A stretch of 64,000 nt of DNA from Pseudomonadota bacterium (GTDB taxonomy: Bacteria > Myxococcota_A > Polyangia > Polyangiales > Polyangiaceae): contig JAEYVE010000083.1 in NCBI GenBank assembly GCA_023432025.1, positions 4,244-68,243 of the forward strand, in the 5' to 3' direction. Each line of letters opens with the position of its first letter. Positions within the stretch are counted from its first letter, which is position 1. Under the pieces are notes generated by a model that ran no database searches, was not told where the DNA came from, and worked only from the letters and a program-made list of their open reading frames with translations. Position numbers and translations under genes: made by a program. Of this stretch, positions 27,451 through 35,717 are shown one piece after another.

Positions 27451-29114
27451 GCCCTCTCAAGGCCATTCTTTGGAGCGTCCTGTGTTCGGCCATCGTCGGT
27501 GTGGTGTCGTGCAGCCCCAGCTCTCCCCAGGTCGGCAGCCAAACCAACTGGCTGCGGTCGTGTGACGGGGCGGAGGACTGCGACGGGCTCGAGTGCCTGT
27601 GCGGCGTGTGCACGACGCGTTGCACGGACACCATGGAGTGCGAGGTGGGCGCGTGCGTTGCGGCCACGGACGAGGGAGCCGTTGCGCTTTGCGACGGCAA
27701 GCCTCTCGGGGACCGCTTGTGCCTCTCGCGTTGTGACGACGACGCGTCTTGCCCGGGTGCCTCGAGCTGCGTGGCGGGTGTGTGCTCGCCACTCGCGGAG
27801 GCAGAGGCGCGCGTGGACGTCGATCCCGAGGTGCGTCACCAAGCGCTCGTCGGCTTCGGTGCTTCGCTCGCGTTCAGCGAGGAGGCCATCGTCGGCTTCG
27901 AGGACAAGGCGGCGCTCTACGACGTCATGTTCGTCGAGTCCGGCTTCGACGTGATTCGCTTGCGCAATCGCTTCGAAGGGGACAACCCTGGCGACCTTCA
28001 GCCGGTGCTGGAAATCATCACGGAGGCCGAGCGTCGCCTGGGACGGGCGCCCACGCTTTTCATGACGTCGGGTAGCCCGCCTGCTGCGCTCAAGGCCAAC
28101 GGCAATCGTTACTGCGAGAACGCCGACCCGCTCTGCACCTTGGCGCGTAACGAGGACGGAGATTTCGATTACGAGGGCTTCGGCGAGTACTGGCGAGCTT
28201 CGCTCGAGGCGTATGCCGAGCTCGGCATACGGCCGGAGTTCGTGAGTCTCCAGAACAACACGGACTGGATCCCGCCCGGCGAAAATGGACCCGAAGCGTG
28301 TCGCTTTCTGCCCGAAGAAGGCACGATGACGATGAATACGCCGGACGGCGAGGTGGACGCCGAGTTCCCTGGCTTTACCCGGGCGCTCGAGGCGGTGCGG
28401 AGCGCGACCAGCTCACTCGATGCCGACTATTCCTTTACGGCCGCGGAGGCGGGGAGCCCCATCATGGTGGCCCGCTACGTGGACCCATTGAACGAGGAAG
28501 ACTACGGCGCCATCGCCTTTCATCTCTTCGGGTTCAAAGCCAACGACGTCGCTTTGGATCAGCTGGAGCGCCTGAGGGCTCTAGGAGAGCGTGGGGGCAA
28601 GCCCGTCATTCAAAGTGAGATGGACGCCCGCGGTCTCGACGCCGCCATCCTGACTCACTACACGCTCACGGTCGCGAACGCGGCGGCCTACCTGCAGCAA
28701 GGGTTCGTCAATGCCACCCTCGATGAGGCGTCGTCCGTGCCAATCGGCGCTCTCGACGGAACCATCGTGAAGCTGCCCACGTACCACGCGCTGTCGCACT
28801 TTGCGTTGCGTACGGATCCGGGCTGGCGTCGCGTGGACGCGCTCATGGACTCGTCGGACGTGCTCTCGTCGGCTTGGCTGTCGCCGAACGAAGAGGCGCT
28901 GACCATCGTCTTGATCAATCCGGGGGACTCGACCGTAGCGGTCGAGGTGGCGGCGCCTGCGCCGTTCGACGCGCGCTTGAACGAGGCGCGTGTGTCGCGC
29001 ACCGTGTTCGACGGCACGGAGCGTTCGGCCGAGCTGGGCACGCTGCCGAGAAACCGCGTGGTGCGGCTTCCGGGGCAGGGCATCGTGACGATCGCCATCG
29101 GCGATGCATCGTGA
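27447..29114 (+). CDS. Lipoprotein with a Cys-rich N-terminal module and a glycoside hydrolase family 30-like domain
   Basis: Lipobox IVGVVSC and a Cys-rich stretch CDGAEDCDGLECLCGVCTTRC...CVAGVC. GH30-like blocks are VGFGASLAF, IRLRNRF, TSGSPPAALKANG, YAELGIRPEFVSLQNNTDW and PVIQSEMDA. Confidence 0.55.
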   Translation: MSPLKAILWSVLCSAIVGVVSCSPSSPQVGSQTNWLRSCDGAEDCDGLECLCGVCTTRCTDTMECEVGACVAATDEGAVALCDGKPLGDRLCLSRCDDDASCPGASSCVAGVCSPLAEAEARVDVDPEVRHQALVGFGASLAFSEEAIVGFEDKAALYDVMFVESGFDVIRLRNRFEGDNPGDLQPVLEIITEAERRLGRAPTLFMTSGSPPAALKANGNRYCENADPLCTLARNEDGDFDYEGFGEYWRASLEAYAELGIRPEFVSLQNNTDWIPPGENGPEACRFLPEEGTMTMNTPDGEVDAEFPGFTRALEAVRSATSSLDADYSFTAAEAGSPIMVARYVDPLNEEDYGAIAFHLFGFKANDVALDQLERLRALGERGGKPVIQSEMDARGLDAAILTHYTLTVANAAAYLQQGFVNATLDEASSVPIGALDGTIVKLPTYHALSHFALRTDPGWRRVDALMDSSDVLSSAWLSPNEEALTIVLINPGDSTVAVEVAAPAPFDARLNEARVSRTVFDGTERSAELGTLPRNRVVRLPGQGIVTIAIGDAS

Positions 29115-29131
29115 CGATCGCCATCGGCGAT
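29080..29131. repeat. Perfect 26-bp tandem duplication spanning the 3' end of the GH30-like gene
   Basis: gcatcgtgacgatcgccatcggcgat occurs at 29080-29105 and again at 29106-29131 with no mismatch. Confidence 0.9.
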
Positions 29132-29158
29132 TGAGCTTGCCTCCTCGGGGACGCGCGC

Positions 29159-31861
29159 TCAGCGCTCGATGACTCGGACGCGCGTGACCGAGTCGCCGGG
29201 CGCGAGTTGGTCCCAAGGACCTTCGGCGCGCCCGACGCGCGTGTAGGCGCCGTCCAAGTGCGGGTAGCGCGCCAGCGTGACGAAAAACTGCGTCGCGGCG
29301 GCGTCACGTCCAGACGTGGCCAACGCGACGTCCCCGGCTTCGAGCGGGTCCGGTCCCTTCTCGTCGGGCAGCGGCGGATGCTTGCCGTCGCCGAAGCCGT
29401 CGCCCACCGGATCCCCGAGCTGCGCCACGAAGCCTTCCACCACGCGGTGCACGGTCGTGCCGTCGTAGTAACCGGCGCGCGCGAGCGCGCTCAGACGACG
29501 CGCGGCCTCGGGGGCGTCTGGTGCGTCGAGCACGATGCGGAGTGGCTCCGCTCCGAGATCGGTCGTGAGCTCCAGGGCGAGCGCTGGAGGCGTGCCGTCT
29601 GCCCGATCCGGCAAGAGCGACGTTCGTTCGCAGGTTCGCTTCGGATCGCCGAGCAAGCCGAGCGCGCGCGCTGCGTGTCGCCGGACCTCGTCGTGGGGAC
29701 TCTGGCACAGGCGCTCGACGGCCCCCTTGTGGCTCAAGAGACCGAGCGCCCCGATGGCTTCGGCGGAGCTCGCGAGCGCCTCGAGCGAGTGCTCGAGCTC
29801 GGGGCGCTCGAACACGGCGGCGAGCGCTAGCTCGAGCTCCGGCGCGACGTCGACGTTGCCCGAAGCCGCGCGCTTGGGGTACGCGGAGAGCACGCGTGCT
29901 GCGGTCGTGAGCACGCCGGGCGACGAGTCCGCGAGCGCGCGCGCCAGGAGCGCGGCAGCTTCCGGGATTTCTGGGTGACCCGAAAGGAGGCGCAGCGCCG
30001 CCTCGCGCACGGCCGGCGTGGGGCTTTCTACGTAGCGCGTGAAGAGCTCGAGGTGGGCGTCCGCTATCTTGTTCTTGTCGAGCGCGGTGAGCACGGCGAG
30101 CGCTCCCACCGCGCCGTGCTCTGGATCGCACGCCAAGAGCGCCGCGGGGAGCGGCCCCGGCCGCTCCGCGGCCAGGAGCGCGGCGGCAGCGCAGCGGAGC
30201 CGAACCAGGCGGCGCTTTTGCCAAGCGGGCGCTTCTTCCGGCAGAGCGAGGCGAGCCAGCGCGGTGAGGGCTTCGTGTGCAAGCGTCGTGTTCGTGAGAG
30301 CGGCGAGCGCGGCGGAGAGCGGCACCATCTCACCGCGGTTCGTCTGCCAGCGCTCGGGGCGACGCACGTACTCGTCGAGGGCGCGCGTGAGCTCTTCTTG
30401 ACCGGCGCGGCCGAGGCGACCGAGCGCAAAGGCTGCCGCAGCGCGCTCCTCGGACGAAAACCCGGCGCTCGTGAGCACGCGACCGAGCGGCGCGGCGGCG
30501 GCGAAGCCGGCCGCGCCGAGCGCGCGCACCGCCAAGCTGCGCCTCGTGCTGGGCGGCTCGGTGAGACGGTTCCCTGCCACCTCCAGGAGGCGCGCTTCGA
30601 GCGCCGAGGAGAGCTTGCTGAGACGAGTGAACGCGAAAAGCAGCTCTTCGCCGTCTAGCTTTTCTGCGGCGTCGAGCAGCGCAACCAAGCTGCGGTCTTC
30701 GAGCTTGCCCTGTGCGGCGGCGAGTTGCCCGAGCCCGTAGCCGCCGTTGTCCGCGAGTGACGGAGGGCCCTGGAGCCACGCGCGCAGCACGTTTTCTGCT
30801 TCGGGTGACGCGCAGCGGCCGAGCGCCCCGGAGACGGCGCGGAGGGCCGCGCGTCGTTCGTTGTTTTGCGGCTCTGCGACGGCGGCGCTCTTCGTGACGA
30901 GCGGCGCGGAGTCGTCAGTCGTGATGAGCGGCGCTGCGCCGTCGTCAGTCGAGGTGAGCGGCGCCCACACGGCGCTCTTGGCGGAATCGCCGGGCGCGCC
31001 GCTCTTCGCGGAGTCGTTCGATGCTTTGGGTTTTGCAGGCTTCGCGGAGTCGCTCGAGACGCCGAGCTTCGCGGGGGCGTTCGAGGCGCTGGGTTTTGCA
31101 GGAGCGCTCGACGTGTCGCTCTTCGCGGAGTCGTTCGATGCTTTGGGTTTCGAAGGCTTCGCGGAGTCGCTCGAGCTGCTGGACTTTGCGGGAACGCTCG
31201 ACGCTGCTGTCTGTGTCTCGCCAGGGGCGGCGGGCGAGGTTGCGCTTTTTTCTTGGGGCGGCGCGGTCCGGCGAGGTGCGTCCGCTCCCGCGCTGGGAAC
31301 CTTTTTCGCCGCGCGCGCGAGCTCAGCGTGGAGCGACGTTGCGCGCGCGACGAGCGCGGGCACGTACACGTCGGCTTTGCCTTTGCACGCCTCGCCGAGC
31401 GCGTAGGCCGCGCGCCGTACGATGTCGGGATCTTCGTCGGCGAGGAGCGCGAGCAGGCGTTCGAGCGCGGCGGGGGTGGCGATGCGCGACAGCGCGCGCG
31501 CGGCGGCACGCCGCGCGCCGGGCTCTCGGGCTTGCCCGAGAGCCGCGAGCACCGCGGCTCCGTCACGCCGTCGTTCGAGCGCTCCGAAGTCGATGGGCGC
31601 CGAAGGCGCCGCGGCAGCGCTTGCGCTGCCCGACGCGCTTCGTGGTGCGTCTCGTGGCGAGTCGCCCTTCGTCTGACAGGAGCTCAGCGCGGGAGCGACC
31701 GCCAAAAGAACGCACAGCGCCGCCTCCCCCCACTGGAGACGACGGTTTCGTGCGTGAACGCCCGCGTGCGATGCGGTGACGGCAGCGTCTGCCGGCGCGG
31801 AGAGACGGGGGGGCGTGCGCTCGGTGACGCTCGCCGGCTGGGAGGTCTTGGGGCGGGCCAT
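29159..31861 (-). CDS. Large lipoprotein with HEAT/Arm-like helical repeats and a C-terminal cyclophilin-type peptidyl-prolyl isomerase domain
   Basis: The C-terminus reads AGYYDGTTVHRVVEGFVAQLGDPVGDG...AATQFFVTLARYPHLDGAYTRVGR. The lipobox is LAVAPALSSC. The ATG at 31861 overlaps the upstream TGA by 1 nt; an alternative start lies at 31924. Confidence 0.75.
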   Translation of the reverse strand: MARPKTSQPASVTERTPPRLSAPADAAVTASHAGVHARNRRLQWGEAALCVLLAVAPALSSCQTKGDSPRDAPRSASGSASAAAAPSAPIDFGALERRRDGAAVLAALGQAREPGARRAAARALSRIATPAALERLLALLADEDPDIVRRAAYALGEACKGKADVYVPALVARATSLHAELARAAKKVPSAGADAPRRTAPPQEKSATSPAAPGETQTAASSVPAKSSSSSDSAKPSKPKASNDSAKSDTSSAPAKPSASNAPAKLGVSSDSAKPAKPKASNDSAKSGAPGDSAKSAVWAPLTSTDDGAAPLITTDDSAPLVTKSAAVAEPQNNERRAALRAVSGALGRCASPEAENVLRAWLQGPPSLADNGGYGLGQLAAAQGKLEDRSLVALLDAAEKLDGEELLFAFTRLSKLSSALEARLLEVAGNRLTEPPSTRRSLAVRALGAAGFAAAAPLGRVLTSAGFSSEERAAAAFALGRLGRAGQEELTRALDEYVRRPERWQTNRGEMVPLSAALAALTNTTLAHEALTALARLALPEEAPAWQKRRLVRLRCAAAALLAAERPGPLPAALLACDPEHGAVGALAVLTALDKNKIADAHLELFTRYVESPTPAVREAALRLLSGHPEIPEAAALLARALADSSPGVLTTAARVLSAYPKRAASGNVDVAPELELALAAVFERPELEHSLEALASSAEAIGALGLLSHKGAVERLCQSPHDEVRRHAARALGLLGDPKRTCERTSLLPDRADGTPPALALELTTDLGAEPLRIVLDAPDAPEAARRLSALARAGYYDGTTVHRVVEGFVAQLGDPVGDGFGDGKHPPLPDEKGPDPLEAGDVALATSGRDAAATQFFVTLARYPHLDGAYTRVGRAEGPWDQLAPGDSVTRVRVIER
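30970..31200. repeat. In-frame 117-bp (39-codon) tandem repeat in the Ser/Ala/Lys/Pro-rich linker of the HEAT-cyclophilin gene
   Basis: The core gctcttcgcggagtcgttcgatgctttgggttt..ggcttcgcggagtcgctcgag occurs at 31001-31058 and 31118-31175 with 2 mismatches. There is a weaker partial copy near 30974. It encodes repeated ...SNDSAKS...SAKPxKPKA... units. Confidence 0.8.
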
Positions 31862-32340
31862 CACGAGTGGGTCCTGCCCCAAGGTTCGAGCAGGCGCGCG
31901 CCCACCTCGCGCAGAAAGAGCCAAACGCGGCGAGCTTTGGTGCGATGGGCGGGTGCGGCGTAGCCCACGACTTCGAGCCCCGTCGCCCGAAAGTGCCGCG
32001 TGGCGCGGGGCAGGTGAAAGTCACAGGTGACCACGCCAAGCTCGCGCCAACCCAGAACGCGGGCGAGCTCCGCGGAGCAGGAGGCGTTGCCGCGGGTGGT
32101 GAGCGAACGGCGCTCCAAGCGGACGGCCTCCCGCGGCAGGCCTTGGGCGAGCCACGTCGCCAACATGGCGTCGGCCTCCACCACGCCGTCCCAGGAGCGG
32201 CCGCCGCTCATGACCACCTCGGCCGAGACCCCTTGGCGGTAGAGTTGGGCGGCCAGGGCCACCCGTCGCTCGAGCGCGGACGAGGGGCGTCCGTCGGGGA
32301 GCACGCGACAGCCGAGCACGACGAGGGCGTCGGGGGGCAT
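31861..32340 (-). CDS. DUF218 / YdcF-ElyC family protein
   Basis: The 159-aa ORF reads ALVVLGCRVLPDGRPSSALERRVALAAQLYRQG...VVMSGG...EADAM and VTCDFHLPRA, typical of DUF218. Confidence 0.7.
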   Translation of the reverse strand: MPPDALVVLGCRVLPDGRPSSALERRVALAAQLYRQGVSAEVVMSGGRSWDGVVEADAMLATWLAQGLPREAVRLERRSLTTRGNASCSAELARVLGWRELGVVTCDFHLPRATRHFRATGLEVVGYAAPAHRTKARRVWLFLREVGARLLEPWGRTHS

Positions 32341-32603
32341 GAGCTGGGCCGAAGACTAGAGCGGTGCGCCCATTCCGGCGAGCTTCCGGCGTTGGAACGG
32401 CAAGCAACTCCGGAAGAAATCGCGCTAGCTGGGCGGCGTCAGGCCATGCGGCCGACCGGCCGGCTTGCCTGGGGGCCCGCTCGGGGGCAAAAGGTTACGG
32501 GCGGCTTGAAGGTCCCCGTGGATGCCTCTAGCGTCCGGCGCCTGGCGCTCCAACTGGGTTTTTTCCAGGGAAGGAGGCCAGCCCAACCCGAGAGGGCTCG
32601 CCC

Positions 32604-33965
32604 GTGGGCTCGCCGCCGCGTCTCATCATGGCCACAGACACCGATAGCTCCGGAGTCGCTTCGAAGCGACTGGCCCGTGCAGATCGGCGTCGGGCTCGAA
32701 TGCGCGGCGAGCGACGCGAGCCGCCTGCAGAAGGTCGCCGCAACGAGGACAGCACACCGCCGCCCGATCGGAGCGCGCTGCCGCCGCAGCGGTTCACGGG
32801 GCCCGCCCCGGATCTGGTGGACATCGAGCTGGACGAGGCGCGCATCGATCCGGACGCCGCCAAGGTGGTGCGCCGCCTGACACGCCACGGGTACGAGGCG
32901 TACCTCGTGGGCGGCTGCGTGCGGGACCTCTTGGTGGATCGCACGCCGAAGGATTTCGACGTGGCCACCAGCGCGCGCCCGGACGACGTGCGCGCGCTGT
33001 TTCGGAACTCGCGCATCATCGGGCGGCGCTTTCGTCTGGTGCACGTGCTCTTCGGCGGCGGTCGCATCATCGAAACGGCGACGTTTCGGCGAAACCCGCA
33101 GCCGGAGGAAGATCGGGAAGTCGACGACTTGTTGATTCGTCACGACAACGTCTTCGGCGACGCGCACGAGGACGCAGTTCGCCGCGATTTCACGATCAAC
33201 GGCCTCTTTTACGATATCGATCGCAAGCGGGTGCTCGATTGGGTGGGTGGCATGGATCACATCCGCGCCCGCACCGTGCACACCATCGGCGATCCGGTGA
33301 CGCGGTTCTTGGAGGATCCGGTGCGCATTCTGCGCGCCATCAAGTTCGCGGCGCGGCTCGATTTCGGCATGTCGCCGGAGGTGTACGACGCCGCGGTGCA
33401 GTGCCGCGGCGCGCTCGCCATGGCGGCGCGGCCGCGCTTGTTCGAGGAGATCTTGCGGCTCATGCGCGGCGGAGCCGCGCACCGCTCGATGTGGCTCGCG
33501 TGGGAAATGGGCGTGCTCGACATGCTGCTGCCCGAGCTGGCGGCGTACGTGTCCGACATTGCTGCCGACGGCGGCAGCACGTGGCGCCTTCTCACCGAGG
33601 TGGATCGCCTGACGGCGCGGCGCGGCGCGCCGCTGGACGACGCGGTGCTGTGGACGGTGCTCTTGTTCGAGCCGCTCAGTGAGGCGTGCGCTGGCGCGAG
33701 CGATCGCATGACGGCGGCCCACGAGTTCTTGGAGCCCGTGGTGGATCGGCTGAACGTGCCGCGGCGCATCGCGGACATGGTGCGGCGTATCGTCGCCATG
33801 ATGCCGCGCCTCGAAGCGGGCCGCGCGCAGCGGTTTCAGAAGAGCCCTCTCTTCCCCATGGCCGAAGAGGTCATGTTGATTCGGCGCGCGGCCTTGGGCG
33901 CCCCGGCGACGGAAGTGGAAAGCGACGCGGGGCAAAAGCCGCGTCGCAAACGTCGCCAGCGTTGA
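32604..33965 (+). CDS. pcnB: Poly(A) polymerase / tRNA nucleotidyltransferase family protein (PcnB-like)
   Basis: GYEAYLVGGCVRDLLVDRTPKDFDVATSARP, RIIGRRFRLVHV and RRDFTINGLFYDI are present. Start is GTG 32604 or ATG 32628. Confidence 0.85.
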   Translation: MGSPPRLIMATDTDSSGVASKRLARADRRRARMRGERREPPAEGRRNEDSTPPPDRSALPPQRFTGPAPDLVDIELDEARIDPDAAKVVRRLTRHGYEAYLVGGCVRDLLVDRTPKDFDVATSARPDDVRALFRNSRIIGRRFRLVHVLFGGGRIIETATFRRNPQPEEDREVDDLLIRHDNVFGDAHEDAVRRDFTINGLFYDIDRKRVLDWVGGMDHIRARTVHTIGDPVTRFLEDPVRILRAIKFAARLDFGMSPEVYDAAVQCRGALAMAARPRLFEEILRLMRGGAAHRSMWLAWEMGVLDMLLPELAAYVSDIAADGGSTWRLLTEVDRLTARRGAPLDDAVLWTVLLFEPLSEACAGASDRMTAAHEFLEPVVDRLNVPRRIADMVRRIVAMMPRLEAGRAQRFQKSPLFPMAEEVMLIRRAALGAPATEVESDAGQKPRRKRRQR

Positions 33966-34027
33966 CGCGCGACGGGGCGCTCCCCGCGGTCGGCGAGAAC
34001 GTCCGCTCGATCCGTTTCGAACGAGGA

Positions 34028-34056
34028 GGCCCCGAGCGCCGCGAGGCGTCGGGGCC
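34028..34056. terminator. GC-rich hairpin between the convergent pcnB and FHA genes (candidate bidirectional terminator)
   Basis: ggccccga (34028-34035) pairs with tcggggcc (34049-34056). The stem is extended by cgcc/ggcg inside the loop. Confidence 0.3.
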
Positions 34057-34115
34057 GACGAAGTGAACCAGACGAGCCGAGTGAACGGCGAAGTGGCCGC
34101 CGAGCGCGCCCGTGC

Positions 34116-34895
34116 TTACGCGTTCAACTCGACGCGCAGCAGCTTGCGTCCGATGAGCAAGTAGTCGCCATGGCCGAGCGGCTGTTCGGTTTTGACGCGA
34201 ACGTAGACGCCATTTTTGCTCTTGAGATCCGTGACGGTGAACTTGGCGCCCTGCTGCTCCACCACACAGTGTTTGGGGGAAACGTGCACGTCTTCGCGGA
34301 AGTTCAAGTCGCAGCCTTCACGACCGATTTCCAGGCGCGAGCCACGCGAGCACACGGTGAGGCCCGCCGCACCACCCTCCACGATTTGCACGACGCGGAA
34401 GGGGCTGGAGAACTTGGGGGAGGCGTAAAAATACGTGCCCTGCGCGTCTGCTTGCTCGGCGCTGGACGGCATGGGCTCGACGCGCAGGAGCTGGTCACCC
34501 ACGACGAAAGTGTCTCCGGGGCTCAGCTCCGTGGAGCCGTGAACGCGAACGTACGTGCCGTTCTCGGAGCCTTCGTCGCGCACGGTGAGTCGGCCGTCAC
34601 GATAGAAGAGGTTGGCGTGACGAGACGAAATGAATGTGTCGTCCGGGAATTCGATTTGACCCCGCCGTCCGACCACGTGCTGCGACGCCTTGAGGTGATA
34701 GCTGAGACCCTCCATGCCCTCGCCACGCACGAGCACGAGGCGCGCCTTCGCCGGGTCCTGCATGTCGCTGAAGTAGCGCGCGGCGGGGTCGAGCTCGTTT
34801 TCGGGGACGTTGGTGCCGCAGCGGCCACAGAACTTGTGTCCGGTGGGCACAGGCGTCATGCACGACTCACAGATGTAGTACTTGGCTTGATCCAT
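34116..34895 (-). CDS. Zinc-ribbon plus tandem FHA-domain protein
   Basis: N-terminal YICESCMTPVPTGHKFCGRCG. Two FHA-like cores are present: VVGRRGQIEFPDDTFISSRHANLFYRDGRLTVRDEGSENGTYV and IGREGCDLNFREDVHVSPKHCVVEQQGAKFTVTDLKSKNGVYV. Confidence 0.8.
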   Translation of the reverse strand: MDQAKYYICESCMTPVPTGHKFCGRCGTNVPENELDPAARYFSDMQDPAKARLVLVRGEGMEGLSYHLKASQHVVGRRGQIEFPDDTFISSRHANLFYRDGRLTVRDEGSENGTYVRVHGSTELSPGDTFVVGDQLLRVEPMPSSAEQADAQGTYFYASPKFSSPFRVVQIVEGGAAGLTVCSRGSRLEIGREGCDLNFREDVHVSPKHCVVEQQGAKFTVTDLKSKNGVYVRVKTEQPLGHGDYLLIGRKLLRVELNA

Positions 34896-34996
34896 AAGAC
34901 ATCTCCGGAGGCCCGTCGTGGAGGTGGCTACCCGCTCGAGCGCCGATTGGCCTGAAACGATCCACCAATTTGGCGCTCATGGGAAGCCTGCGGACC

Positions 34997-35641
34997 TCAT
35001 TGAAGGAAGGTGAAGCGCGACTCCGTGTCTCCCCAGCCTTTCTTGCCTACGAGGCGGAAGAAGACCGTTTCCCGACATCCTTCGCGTGGCACGGGGCCGT
35101 AGTCCCGGGAGTCGTAGGGGAAGAGTCGGTTGTCGCTGAGGAGGTAGACGTGTCCGGGGGGCACGTCGGCCTCGCTGTAATCGCGGGGAGGCTTGTGGCC
35201 CAAGGCGAGGCCGACCTTGTGCAGCGTGCTGCCGATGACCTCCCAATCGCACTGCTGATCGACCTCGATTCCGTTGTCGGGGTCCTCGGTCGCAAAACGA
35301 TTCGGGTCACACACGCGCTCGCTCTTGAAGGGCTTGCCGTTCACCGTGGGCACGCCGGACTCGATGCGAACGCGGTCCCCCGGCTCGCCGATGATCCGGC
35401 CGACCACGACGCGCCCCGGAGCTTCGGGCTCCGGGCACAGCACCAAGTCCCCAACGGTGGGCTTCGTGAGACGCCAGAGCAAAATGAGGTCTCCGCCGCT
35501 CATGGTGGGCCTGAGCGACGCCTCGAGCACCGGGTCGTTCACGGGGACGCGCCAGGCGCGGAGTACCGTGAGACGCAAGAGTCCCGCGATGACCCCGAAA
35601 ACGATCAGCGTCCACAGGAGCAGGCGCAACAGGGTTCGCAT
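34997..35641 (-). CDS. Signal peptidase I (S26) family protein; the general-base Lys position appears substituted
   Basis: TM anchor, then ASLRPTMSGGDLILL (SMxPTLxxGD-like), VVVGRIIGEPGDRV (KRxxGxPGD box with G in place of K) and SDNRLFPYDSRDYGPV (box E). Confidence 0.7.
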   Translation of the reverse strand: MRTLLRLLLWTLIVFGVIAGLLRLTVLRAWRVPVNDPVLEASLRPTMSGGDLILLWRLTKPTVGDLVLCPEPEAPGRVVVGRIIGEPGDRVRIESGVPTVNGKPFKSERVCDPNRFATEDPDNGIEVDQQCDWEVIGSTLHKVGLALGHKPPRDYSEADVPPGHVYLLSDNRLFPYDSRDYGPVPREGCRETVFFRLVGKKGWGDTESRFTFLQ

Positions 35642-35717
35642 CTGCGGCGGATGTTAACCCGGACTCGGCGCCGGGGGGCAACGTAGCGGAGTACTTCGCG
35701 CGTCCACGTCGTTCGAC

